Virus record (IMG/VR): IMGVR_UViG_3300044492_000149
Span: 5,615-69,614 of that record
Reading direction: 5' to 3' (one strand)
Source: a virus
Length of the DNA stretch: 64,000 nt
Shown: positions 16,226-25,272 of the stretch, in pieces
Numbering within the stretch: the first letter of the stretch is position 1
Layout of the letters: each line of letters starts with the position of its first letter
The notes under the pieces: model-generated
What the model was told of the DNA's origin: nothing
What the model saw: only the letters and a program-made list of their open reading frames with translations
Databases searched by the model: none
Made by a program: the position numbers and the translations under genes

Positions 16226-18988
16226 ATCGCCTCTTTCGTCGAGCAAGCTACCCTCCAAGTAAGAGATCAGTCGACCGCTCAGATCAATAAGATCAACGCG
16301 GCGTTGAAAACCCTTGCGACCACAGCGAAGTCCCTGAAGTCGATCAAGATCGACATCAAGGTCAACGACGCCAATGTAGACAAGGCCACGAGAGCCCTGC
16401 GAGCCTTGCGCAACGAGGTCAACGCCGCCAAGCGCGCACAGAACATCAACATCACTGCCAATACGGGTTCGGTTCGTCAAGCCCAGAACGCAGTTCGTGG
16501 TCTCACGCGAGACATCCGTGGTCTGAAGAACACCTCTACCGCAGCCCGCGTCAACATCAACACTAGCGCGATCTCCCAAGCCCGCCAGCAGTTGGCAGCG
16601 TTACGGTCAGCCGCTCGGCGGCCTATCAATGTTCCCTTTGTTAATGCTGGTGGCGGACCCGGTGCTGGTGCTGGTAGGCCTGGCCTTGGGGGCGGCCGTC
16701 CCGGCGGTGGCCGTCCTGGAGCCCCCGGTGCTGGTGGCGGAGGCGGTGGTGGTCGTGGTTTCATCGGTGCTGGACTTGGCGCTGCTGGTCGAGGTTTCAG
16801 TGCCGGTTTAGGCGGTGGCCTGGGTTTCCTTGGGATCAACCCAGCATTCATGGCGGTGACGGCGGCAGCTTATGCGGCAGCGGCTGCGTTGAAGGCCGTA
16901 ACCGAGAGTGCTGCTACTCGTGATCGTACCAAGCTGCAAGCCGCTGTGGCAGCTACACCAGCGCAACAAGCTATCATTGATGCGAACAACGCGGACAAGA
17001 CAAAAGACCGTGGTCCCCTGCCTTACACTGACGACGAACGCAAGCAGCTGGTAACTTCGCTTCTTGGTGACGTCCAAGGCGAGGGCAAGACGCCGGAAGA
17101 ACGGGGCGAGGCTAGAGCTAGGGCCGCTATCAACATCGCTGATCTCATGGAACGGGAAGTTCTACCCCGTCAGTATGCTTTAGGTGGTCCAGATAAATCA
17201 CCGGAGGATGTTAAGGCAGGTGTTCGTAAGCTTGTTCAGGCCATGAACTTGGCCTCGACGGACATTACCGATGAAAAGGGCAACATCACCAAAGAAGGTC
17301 GTCGTGTTCTAGAGGGTATTCAGATCGCCCAAGCGGCCGATCCGGAACTGACGCCCGGTATGATCAAGACTACGCTGGCGAACCTGAAGACCGCCGGCTA
17401 CAGCTTTAGCGCCGATGCCATAGCCAAGACGTTGATGAACGCCGGTAACCGCGGCGTTCGGTCCGCCAACGAAGCTTATCGGGCAATGTCGTCGGCCACA
17501 GGTACGATCGACAACAAGGCACTGAACGAAGGTCTGGCTAATCTTAAACTTCTAGAAGGTTTCGACCGTAAGGAAGTCGGAAAGAAAAGCAAGAAAAAAG
17601 GTTCCATTATTCCTGGCAGTGGCCACGCTGTCGATGAAGCGGGATTGTATGAAGATCCCTATATGTGGTATCAGCAACACGTCGTTCCAAAGATGCAGGA
17701 AGACATTGGCAAGACTAATGCCTCTAAGGAACGAATGCGAGCTGCTAAAGAGGCGGGTAAGACACAGGACGAAATTGCCGCTGCCGGTGAGGCGACCAAC
17801 GCTGAAACGATAGCTTGGATTGGTAGAAACTTCAAAAACATGTCAGCCGCTGGCAAGCAGGGCGTCGCTGACATGATCCTTGGTAACAAGCAGGCCCAGC
17901 AACAAGTCGAACAAGCTCGACTTTCGCTCAAACAAAACGTGCCAAACGCCATGGCCAAGTCCTGGACGGCGCAGTGGGCAAATCTAAAGACTGAATTGGA
18001 GAACCGTCGGGCGCAGATGGGCGACGCCATGTTTGAGAAAATGGGGCTCGCTGACAAGTTGAAGTACCTCACGGAGGCCATTAAAAATCCGCAAGGCAAG
18101 GAAGCTCAAACTCTAACTGCTGGTGGACTGGACATATTCAAAGCAGGACTGGGACCGCTGGCTACGGCTGCTGAGGGTTTGATTCGAGGCGGTTCTTTGT
18201 TGATCGACGGTGCCACGGCTTTAGCCAACTGGTTTGGCGTCGGCAGTGCCCCCTCTAATCCCATCAGTAGTCAGACTCCAGAGCAGCAGACCGCTACCGC
18301 TTTGAAACTAGCCTTGGCTGATCTGGAAACGGCGAACCGTGGCACGATTTCGCCTTATCCGGAGGAACGATCCGCCGCCATCGCAGAAGTCGTTCGGTTG
18401 ACGAAGGTCGTAAATCAGCTGGCGACTAACAAGGCTTACCAAGAAGGCATGATCAAGCCCGATTGGTTTGATCCGAAGAAATTCATTCAGGTTCCGCCTG
18501 GCGGTAACTTCGAGAAGCCAACCGGTGCAGTTCCAGTACCAGCGCCAACCACAGAACGGCCGACGTGGCTGGATGACATAATTCGCAACCTGCCGAAGCC
18601 ACCACCGGAGACTGATACAACGGTGGGAGGTGGTTTTGGTAAACCGTTGGACCCTTCCATTGGAATCACTCTCGATGCAGCAGCGAAGGGTGTCAATGAC
18701 TCGTCAGTAAATCTCGCCAATTCCGTACTAGGTCTCAGTACTGCTAACAGCAACTTCAACACGACGTTTAACGCCTTTCCGCAAAAGGGCACTGAGGCTG
18801 GCACCAACGTCGGCAACAGTGCTATCGGGGTCATCCAAGGAGGAGCCGGCGGCGCTGGAGAGACCTTTGGCAACTCGGCGCTTGGCGTTATTCGTTCCGG
18901 CCTGTCCAACATCAGCATCAACGTCAATGCCAACGTCACTGGTGCTGGAGCGTCCGGTGACAAGGGCAGTCAGAAGGCCGCTGAGTAA
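16226..18988 (+). CDS. Tape measure protein (start ATC 16226 or TTG 16304)
   Basis: About 900 aa, Ala/Gly-rich helical; precedes Mu gpN-like gene. Confidence 0.8.
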   Translation: MASFVEQATLQVRDQSTAQINKINAALKTLATTAKSLKSIKIDIKVNDANVDKATRALRALRNEVNAAKRAQNINITANTGSVRQAQNAVRGLTRDIRGLKNTSTAARVNINTSAISQARQQLAALRSAARRPINVPFVNAGGGPGAGAGRPGLGGGRPGGGRPGAPGAGGGGGGGRGFIGAGLGAAGRGFSAGLGGGLGFLGINPAFMAVTAAAYAAAAALKAVTESAATRDRTKLQAAVAATPAQQAIIDANNADKTKDRGPLPYTDDERKQLVTSLLGDVQGEGKTPEERGEARARAAINIADLMEREVLPRQYALGGPDKSPEDVKAGVRKLVQAMNLASTDITDEKGNITKEGRRVLEGIQIAQAADPELTPGMIKTTLANLKTAGYSFSADAIAKTLMNAGNRGVRSANEAYRAMSSATGTIDNKALNEGLANLKLLEGFDRKEVGKKSKKKGSIIPGSGHAVDEAGLYEDPYMWYQQHVVPKMQEDIGKTNASKERMRAAKEAGKTQDEIAAAGEATNAETIAWIGRNFKNMSAAGKQGVADMILGNKQAQQQVEQARLSLKQNVPNAMAKSWTAQWANLKTELENRRAQMGDAMFEKMGLADKLKYLTEAIKNPQGKEAQTLTAGGLDIFKAGLGPLATAAEGLIRGGSLLIDGATALANWFGVGSAPSNPISSQTPEQQTATALKLALADLETANRGTISPYPEERSAAIAEVVRLTKVVNQLATNKAYQEGMIKPDWFDPKKFIQVPPGGNFEKPTGAVPVPAPTTERPTWLDDIIRNLPKPPPETDTTVGGGFGKPLDPSIGITLDAAAKGVNDSSVNLANSVLGLSTANSNFNTTFNAFPQKGTEAGTNVGNSAIGVIQGGAGGAGETFGNSALGVIRSGLSNISINVNANVTGAGASGDKGSQKAAE

Positions 18989-20178
18989 TGTCGCGAACGA
19001 ACTGCGCCATTGGTAAGGACTACGCGCCCGCCTCGTTCAAGGGCGTGTCGTTCTTGTGCACGGAAGCCGACATCGAAGGCGGTCGTCGCGGCGCTGAAGG
19101 CGAGTTTCCGTTTGGTGAAAACACAGCGTACGCCGACTTAGGTCGGAAGATCCGAGTCTACCACCTGACGGCAGCGTTCCGAGAAGACGATCACGTCAGC
19201 GACAGCCAAGCCCTGTTTGCCGTTTGCGAGTCTCCTGGTCCTGGCATCCTGGTTCACCCGACCCGCGGCAGCGTCATGGTGGCCTGCCGGTCGGCTAAGT
19301 TCAAGGATAGCATCGAGGATAAAGCGGGTGAGACGACGGCGGATCTGGAATTCGTCGAAGCTAATCCGATCAGCGGGCTCCTTGGTTCTCTGTTTGGCCT
19401 GATCTCGTCAGGCCTCAACACGGCGTCGAAGAATTCTTTCTTGCGGGACTATCGGCCTACTTTGGTGTCTCAGCCCTGGAGCAAAGACATCATCGACCGG
19501 GCTCAGTTTCTCGTTGATCTGGTGGGCAAGACGTTTATCCGAACGATGGCGCCAGACGCCCCCGCTCAGGACTGGCGCGACGCTCTGAAGATCGAAGAGG
19601 TAGCCACCGATGACGGATTGGCAGCATCGGCTTCTAATGTGGACCGCGTTCTGGTTTCTGGTTTTCGCCATATATCTTCTAATGTGGTCGATCCAGCCAA
19701 AGCTTTTACTGTGATGAAGAAACTGGCCAATGCGGCTACGACCTCGTCGGACCTGCCGGCAGGGATCGCTGTCGAGAGCGAAGAAGCTGTCCTCAGCCGT
19801 CACCGGATCTTAGCGGCTACCGGCATGGCTGAAGCTGCGATGGGTAAGAAATACGCTTACATCGACGAAGCCCTGCAGGCGATGGACGCCGTCCTGGCTG
19901 TTCTTGAAGACGAAGCCCAGGTCGCTTACAAGAACTGTGACAACACTCTGTTCTTGGAGTTGCGCAAGTACGCGACTGAGTTCGGCAAGATGATGAATGA
20001 TCTGGCGTATCGCCTGCCAGGTCTCGTAGCTGTGAATTTCATGGGCGGGGTCCACCCGCTGGTCGCTGCTTACGCGATTTACAAAGACGCCAAACGACAC
20101 CGTGAGTTGGAGCAGCGAAACATCGTCGATGCTAATGGCCGCTTCCAGCCCGTGGTCGTCGGTGTTGCGCCAACGTAA
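18988..20178 (+). CDS. DNA circulation protein (Mu gpN-like)
   Basis: PASFKGVSF...GGRR...EFPF...DLGR...GPGILVHP motif. Confidence 0.88.
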   Translation: MSRTNCAIGKDYAPASFKGVSFLCTEADIEGGRRGAEGEFPFGENTAYADLGRKIRVYHLTAAFREDDHVSDSQALFAVCESPGPGILVHPTRGSVMVACRSAKFKDSIEDKAGETTADLEFVEANPISGLLGSLFGLISSGLNTASKNSFLRDYRPTLVSQPWSKDIIDRAQFLVDLVGKTFIRTMAPDAPAQDWRDALKIEEVATDDGLAASASNVDRVLVSGFRHISSNVVDPAKAFTVMKKLANAATTSSDLPAGIAVESEEAVLSRHRILAATGMAEAAMGKKYAYIDEALQAMDAVLAVLEDEAQVAYKNCDNTLFLELRKYATEFGKMMNDLAYRLPGLVAVNFMGGVHPLVAAYAIYKDAKRHRELEQRNIVDANGRFQPVVVGVAPT

Positions 20179-20181
20179 GTC

Positions 20182-21513
20182 ATGAAACCTGTTGTCATTA
20201 CTATTGGCGGCGGCGAACTGACGAACTGGACGGAGATGACTCTTCAGCGGAGCAAAGATGAGCTGACGGGTTCCCTTTCAGTGTCGATCTTCGCCGGCGC
20301 CATGCCACCGTCGCCTTTGATCCGCCAGGCCAAGGCTGGCGCGGAGATCCAGGTCTACATCGCCGGTCAGTTGGCCTTCACAGGGAGCATAGATAAGCGC
20401 CAGGGCAGTGGTGCTAAGAAGGGGGAGAAAGGGACCAGGGCAGGCGGCGAGGACAACCACGGTGGTTCTATGAGCGTCAGCATCGGTCCTAACGAGTACA
20501 CCATCAAGCTGTCAGCTCGCGGCAAGACTAAGCGGCTGATCGACTCGAGCCACCAGCACCCGACGACGAACATGCTGAAGCCCACGACTAAAGAGGTCGT
20601 GGAGAAACTGGTCGAGCCGTGGAAAACTCAGGTCGAGTGGAAAGGCGAGGTGATCAAGCTTGATAAACAGCGATTTCGTGACGGGGCAAGAGTGGTCGAC
20701 GAGCTGCACCGAGTTGCGCTGGAAAATTGTTACTTCATGTATGAGACCCGTGACGGCAAGCTGCGCGTCACGGATGGTGTCGGATCGGAAAGCGGTGGCG
20801 GCGACGCCCTCATCCTCGGCCAGAACATCCTGACGTTCTCTGCCGAACAGTCAGAGGATGAAGCCAAGAGCAAAGTCAAGGTCAAGGGACAGCGGAGCGA
20901 CAAAGACAAGTGGGGCGAGGAAGCCCTGCTCAAGACGTTCAAGGAAGTTCAAGATAGCTGGGTTAAGGACTTCGTGCCGCTGACCGTTCAGCACTACGGT
21001 GACGCTGACGATAAAACTCTGGAACGTCGCGCCCGTTTTGAGATGAACAAGCGAAGCACGGAAAGCAAGAAGATCACGATCGACGTCTTTCACGTTCAGA
21101 CTCCTAGCGGCCAGCCCTGGGATATTGGCAACACCCATTACGTCGAGGTCCCGCCCGAAGGTATCTTTGACGTCTTCGAATGCACGGAACTGACCTACCA
21201 CGTCAACGCTGAAAAGGAATTGAAGACGACTCTGACGCTATCGCCACCGCCGTCAGGCGGCTCCGGCGGCAGCGGCGGCGGCTTCGGCCTCTCCTCGCTG
21301 CCTCTGAACATGGGACAGGCCAGGAGAAATCAGTCTGGTGTAACCATGGTCGCGGATCAGTTTCCGGCTCCTTGGTCGTCTCCGATGTTGGGAGATCTGC
21401 CGCTGATGACCTTGGTCGAAGCCGCTGCTCTGCCACCGAAGGAAGAAACAGAAGAGCCACCACGGCAGCCGCCGCTGGTCTTACCACCATGGTTTGGGGA
21501 GGAAACGTCATGA
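20182..21513 (+). CDS. Baseplate hub protein (Mu gpP-like)
   Basis: LSARGKTKRLIDSS, LILGQNIL, VKVKGQ motifs. Confidence 0.85.
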   Translation: MKPVVITIGGGELTNWTEMTLQRSKDELTGSLSVSIFAGAMPPSPLIRQAKAGAEIQVYIAGQLAFTGSIDKRQGSGAKKGEKGTRAGGEDNHGGSMSVSIGPNEYTIKLSARGKTKRLIDSSHQHPTTNMLKPTTKEVVEKLVEPWKTQVEWKGEVIKLDKQRFRDGARVVDELHRVALENCYFMYETRDGKLRVTDGVGSESGGGDALILGQNILTFSAEQSEDEAKSKVKVKGQRSDKDKWGEEALLKTFKEVQDSWVKDFVPLTVQHYGDADDKTLERRARFEMNKRSTESKKITIDVFHVQTPSGQPWDIGNTHYVEVPPEGIFDVFECTELTYHVNAEKELKTTLTLSPPPSGGSGGSGGGFGLSSLPLNMGQARRNQSGVTMVADQFPAPWSSPMLGDLPLMTLVEAAALPPKEETEEPPRQPPLVLPPWFGEETS

Positions 21514-22103
21514 GCTTTACCCGGTATCGAGAGAGAACCCGAGACGTTCAGGACGGCATCGAGCGGCACGTCTGGGGCAAGCAAAAATACACGGGCAAGG
21601 GCTCGATCATCAAAGTCCGTGGCACGGACAGCGAGGACCAAGAAGCCATGGTCCTGGTCGGCGGAGTTTCTTTCAACGTCAAGGAAAAGTTCAACACCGA
21701 GGTCATGCTCCTGTCCTCGTCGTCGGATACCCAGCTGAAAATGGCGCTGCTGACTATCCCCAAGGACAAGCAGCGACGGTGGATGGAGGGATCAGGTGGG
21801 GTTCAACATCCCACCGACGGCGAGTTTGCCTTGGATTTCTCGGACAAACTGGCCCACATCACTAAGAACAAGTTCGCCGTGGGGGAAAAGGGCGAATTTG
21901 AGGTCAAAGGTGACCAAGGTGTGTTTAGGGTCAAGAAATTGATCGTCGATGGCGAACTGGTCGTCAACAAGCGGATCAAGACCCCGCAGGTCATTCAGGG
22001 CAGCGAGAAGCCGCCCAGCTTCGAAGGCAGCAAGCAAGCCGAGATCGAGAAAGATGACCAGCCGAAGACGACGGCCCAGCTCGAGATGGACCTCGACCGA
22101 TGA
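21510..22103 (+). CDS. Baseplate spike / assembly protein (Mu gp45-like)
   Basis: Position; ATGA overlaps; beta-repeat C-terminus. Confidence 0.6.
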   Translation: MSFTRYRERTRDVQDGIERHVWGKQKYTGKGSIIKVRGTDSEDQEAMVLVGGVSFNVKEKFNTEVMLLSSSSDTQLKMALLTIPKDKQRRWMEGSGGVQHPTDGEFALDFSDKLAHITKNKFAVGEKGEFEVKGDQGVFRVKKLIVDGELVVNKRIKTPQVIQGSEKPPSFEGSKQAEIEKDDQPKTTAQLEMDLDR

Positions 22104-22642
22104 TCGAACAGCCGTGCGCCGACCGGAACTCCGGCCGCCGGCGGATCTTCTGGACGACGCGGCAGGGCGCTTGCGGCGACTACAGTGTATGTGGCACACA
22201 GTGTGCTATCCCTGGGCTCCAGTATGTCGAGGAAGCCGACGACGGCCGAACGATCAGGAACGATGAGTGGTTGGAGAGCCTGATCCTCAATATTCTCAAC
22301 ACCCGGGCCAGAACCGACGCCAAGTGTCCTTCGCCTGCTGCCGTCTACGGCCACTGGTCTGAGTCTTACCGCGGCGATGGTTTGTACATCGGCTCGAAGA
22401 TGTGGAACGCTGCGACTAAGCCGTACATCCGAACGGCTGATGCTGTCAAGGCGATCAACGCTGCCGTGACTGCCGATGTTAGCAAGCTCGTCGCTCAAGG
22501 ACTTGCCAACAGCGTCGACGTCGAGACCGTTTATCGTAGCCACAACCGAGTCGACATCATCATCACAGCGACGGTGATGAACGCGAGTCACACTCTCAAT
22601 CTGTCAGGCAGCCTGTCTTCAGGTAACTGGTTCTGGCACTGA
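22100..22642 (+). CDS. Baseplate protein (Mu gp46-like)
   Basis: L.TRAR...GHWSESY...IGSKMW motif. Confidence 0.75.
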   Translation: MIEQPCADRNSGRRRIFWTTRQGACGDYSVCGTQCAIPGLQYVEEADDGRTIRNDEWLESLILNILNTRARTDAKCPSPAAVYGHWSESYRGDGLYIGSKMWNAATKPYIRTADAVKAINAAVTADVSKLVAQGLANSVDVETVYRSHNRVDIIITATVMNASHTLNLSGSLSSGNWFWH

Positions 22643-22655
22643 GCGGGTCCATGAA

Positions 22656-23879
22656 ATGTCATGCACTATTCTGAGACCCGACCCACAGGCGCTGTTTGAT
22701 CAGCTCCGAAGTATGTTTTCCTCCACTGTCTTGGGTGGTGGCAAAATCATACCGGAGTCGAACGAATGGTATGTCCTGACGAATGACTACGCGATGGCAG
22801 AGCAATTCTACGCTGTCGCAGATCAGATGTGGCGGGAAACTGATCCTGCCACAGCTTGTTGCGATAATCTCTACGCCATGGCGGCTCAACATGGGGTGTT
22901 TCCTAACCCGGCGTCGCACTCTGAGGGTTACGCTAAATTGACAGGGACGGCAGGCTCGCCCATTCCGCCGTCGCTGGAGATCAGCACGAGCCAGGGGACT
23001 TACATCTCCGTCGGTACGATCCCCTTGACGATGCCAGACAGCAACAGCATCGTGATCCGGATCAGAGCCTTGACTCCTGGACCGGCCATGAACTCGGCGG
23101 GGACGATAACGACTGGGACTCTGACGACTCCTGCCCCCGGGATCGACGCTGCTGTGCAAATCTGCGGTGGCACGTTCTGTGGCGGCGCCGACGCAGAGAC
23201 CTGTGAGGAATTTCGCAAGCGGTACATAGAGCGGTTGGCCTATCAGCCGCGGGCGACTCTTTCGTGGATAAAGCAAAAACTCTTGGAGTTCCCTTGTTCC
23301 ACGCGAGTATGCGTTCGAGAGGGTAGCTGTTGCAAATGCGAGCCAGAATGCGGAGAGTGCGGTTGTAAGAACTGTGGGACCAAGATGGAGTTCTACGTTC
23401 TGTTCGACGACACCTTCCCGTGCGGTATTCCGCCGGCCAACGTTGTCGAAGACATCACGAATTGGATATTCGGTGAGCACCAGGGCTACGGCGAGGGGCA
23501 GGTAGAAATTGGCGTTTGCGGTAAGATTTACCAGCCAATTCCTTTGCTGTTGGATGTTTACATCGACATCGTGGGTTGCCCGTCTTCAACACAGAAACAA
23601 ATAATCGAGGATCAAGTGCGGGCTATGTTCCGGCGGATTTGCCCGTCGATGCCCCTAAGGATCAAACAGTTCGAGTTGATCGTAGCGTCTGTCCTTGGCG
23701 TCGAGACAAACGCTTCGGTTCGGTTCTCTATCGTTGGCTGGGAAGACACGCCGCCGTTCTACCCTCGAGATCTGACTTGGATGACAGCCTGCGGCGACTT
23801 GGAGCCTGAGTGCGACGTGCTGCCGTGCCTGAACAAGGTGATTTTCATCGGTCCTGCTCAAGTGAAACCGCCATGCTGA
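22656..23879 (+). CDS. Baseplate J-like protein (Mu gp47-like)
   Basis: LTGTAGSPIP, GGADAET.EEFRKRY motifs. Confidence 0.88.
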   Translation: MSCTILRPDPQALFDQLRSMFSSTVLGGGKIIPESNEWYVLTNDYAMAEQFYAVADQMWRETDPATACCDNLYAMAAQHGVFPNPASHSEGYAKLTGTAGSPIPPSLEISTSQGTYISVGTIPLTMPDSNSIVIRIRALTPGPAMNSAGTITTGTLTTPAPGIDAAVQICGGTFCGGADAETCEEFRKRYIERLAYQPRATLSWIKQKLLEFPCSTRVCVREGSCCKCEPECGECGCKNCGTKMEFYVLFDDTFPCGIPPANVVEDITNWIFGEHQGYGEGQVEIGVCGKIYQPIPLLLDVYIDIVGCPSSTQKQIIEDQVRAMFRRICPSMPLRIKQFELIVASVLGVETNASVRFSIVGWEDTPPFYPRDLTWMTACGDLEPECDVLPCLNKVIFIGPAQVKPPC

Positions 23880-24745
23880 CTGCTGATGGCTGTCAGGTTG
23901 TTCTAGAGCCGGAACCCGAAGGATGCTGCCCGCCGCCTCTGTGTGGCAACGACTTGTGCTGCACGATGGTGGCGTTCATGAACATCCTGCCGTCCGGGCC
24001 TTTGTGGGACTACTGGAAGGCGGCTGCTATCAGTTACTTCGAGAGGTCTGATGATCCCCTGGAGTGTCCGCTTTTAACCGATCCAGCGTGCCCCTCCTTA
24101 GTTCTGCACGCCATCTACTGTGTCCTGAAGCTCAAGGGTCTGGTCCACGGCGCCCTCTGGCCAGCAATCCGGGAAAGCAACCCTTATACAGCGGTCACGA
24201 CCTTGGACGACCACTTGGCCCGCCTGCAGTGGGAAGATTGCTACAACCAACACTGCCGTTCAGTTTTGCTGGGTGAGCTGACGCCGTACGAGATCTGGAC
24301 CGAGTGCGGACCGCTGTTCTGTCCGCCTAATTTTCCTCCGGATCTGGAGTGTGCTGTCAAAAGGGGCGTGGCGATCGCCCTGACGAGAGCTAACATGGGG
24401 ATAATCAAGAACCTGTGCAGCATCAACTGGATCGTCGAACCCTTGGGAGCTGAGATCATCATCGTCCCTCCAACGGGAGCGCCGTCGACTGATCCTTGCA
24501 GCTTGTGTTTAGAGAATACTCAGTTCATCGTCCACACGACACGAGATTGGATCGAAGGCTGTGGTTCTGGAGAACTGTGCGATACCCAGAAACCGTTGCC
24601 CCAGATCCCGGCTTACTGGGATTGGGGTTGTGACAAGCCAGCTGGCTTACCTGACACGGTTTGGCCCGGACTTCTGGCAGCCGAGTGCATCATCAGGTCG
24701 ATGATGCCGTCGAACTGTCCAAGCAACATTACGAGGGCTTGCTAA
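23873..24745 (+). CDS. Baseplate wedge protein (Mu gp48-like), Cys-rich
   Basis: ILPSGPLW and RESNPYTAVTTLDD motifs; follows the J-like gene. Confidence 0.7.
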   Translation: MLTADGCQVVLEPEPEGCCPPPLCGNDLCCTMVAFMNILPSGPLWDYWKAAAISYFERSDDPLECPLLTDPACPSLVLHAIYCVLKLKGLVHGALWPAIRESNPYTAVTTLDDHLARLQWEDCYNQHCRSVLLGELTPYEIWTECGPLFCPPNFPPDLECAVKRGVAIALTRANMGIIKNLCSINWIVEPLGAEIIIVPPTGAPSTDPCSLCLENTQFIVHTTRDWIEGCGSGELCDTQKPLPQIPAYWDWGCDKPAGLPDTVWPGLLAAECIIRSMMPSNCPSNITRAC

Positions 24746-25272
24746 TGGCAACAGGTATTTTTCCAGAAAGCGTTGCCGGCGGTCTTGTCATTCGTGATGC
24801 TGCCGGCAATCCAACTGGCGTACTGAACGTCAACAATGCCTATGTTCCGTCGCCGGCATTTATATCAAGCTGTTTGCTGACGGCGCTGCCGTCGGATTGC
24901 ACGGCGCGCATCGAAGCGCGACAGATCAACGCCATCGTGTCCGAGTTGGTTCATTTTGCTGAATGTCTGGATGCTAACGGACCGTGGAACTGTAACTCGT
25001 TGAACAATCTCTGCGCGGCGTTCGCGCAGTGGGCTTACGTCAACATCATTCCAACGATCATCTCTGACACGCCACCGCCGGTGCCGAAGCACAATCAGTT
25101 CTGGTGGGAGAGCGACACCGGACTGCTTTTCATCTGGTACGACGACGGCAACAGTCAGCAGTGGGTTCAAGTGACACCAGGGCCAGTGGTCGTCGACGGT
25201 GTCTCCATTGTTGGCGGCGGCGTCAAGACCGATCCGCTCAGAGTGGGTCTGGTGGACTGCGGAACCTACTGA
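24745..25272 (+). CDS. Tail fibre-associated protein
   Basis: ISDTPPP...[23 protein letters not shown] module typical of fibres. Confidence 0.6.
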   Translation: MATGIFPESVAGGLVIRDAAGNPTGVLNVNNAYVPSPAFISSCLLTALPSDCTARIEARQINAIVSELVHFAECLDANGPWNCNSLNNLCAAFAQWAYVNIIPTIISDTPPPVPKHNQFWWESDTGLLFIWYDDGNSQQWVQVTPGPVVVDGVSIVGGGVKTDPLRVGLVDCGTY

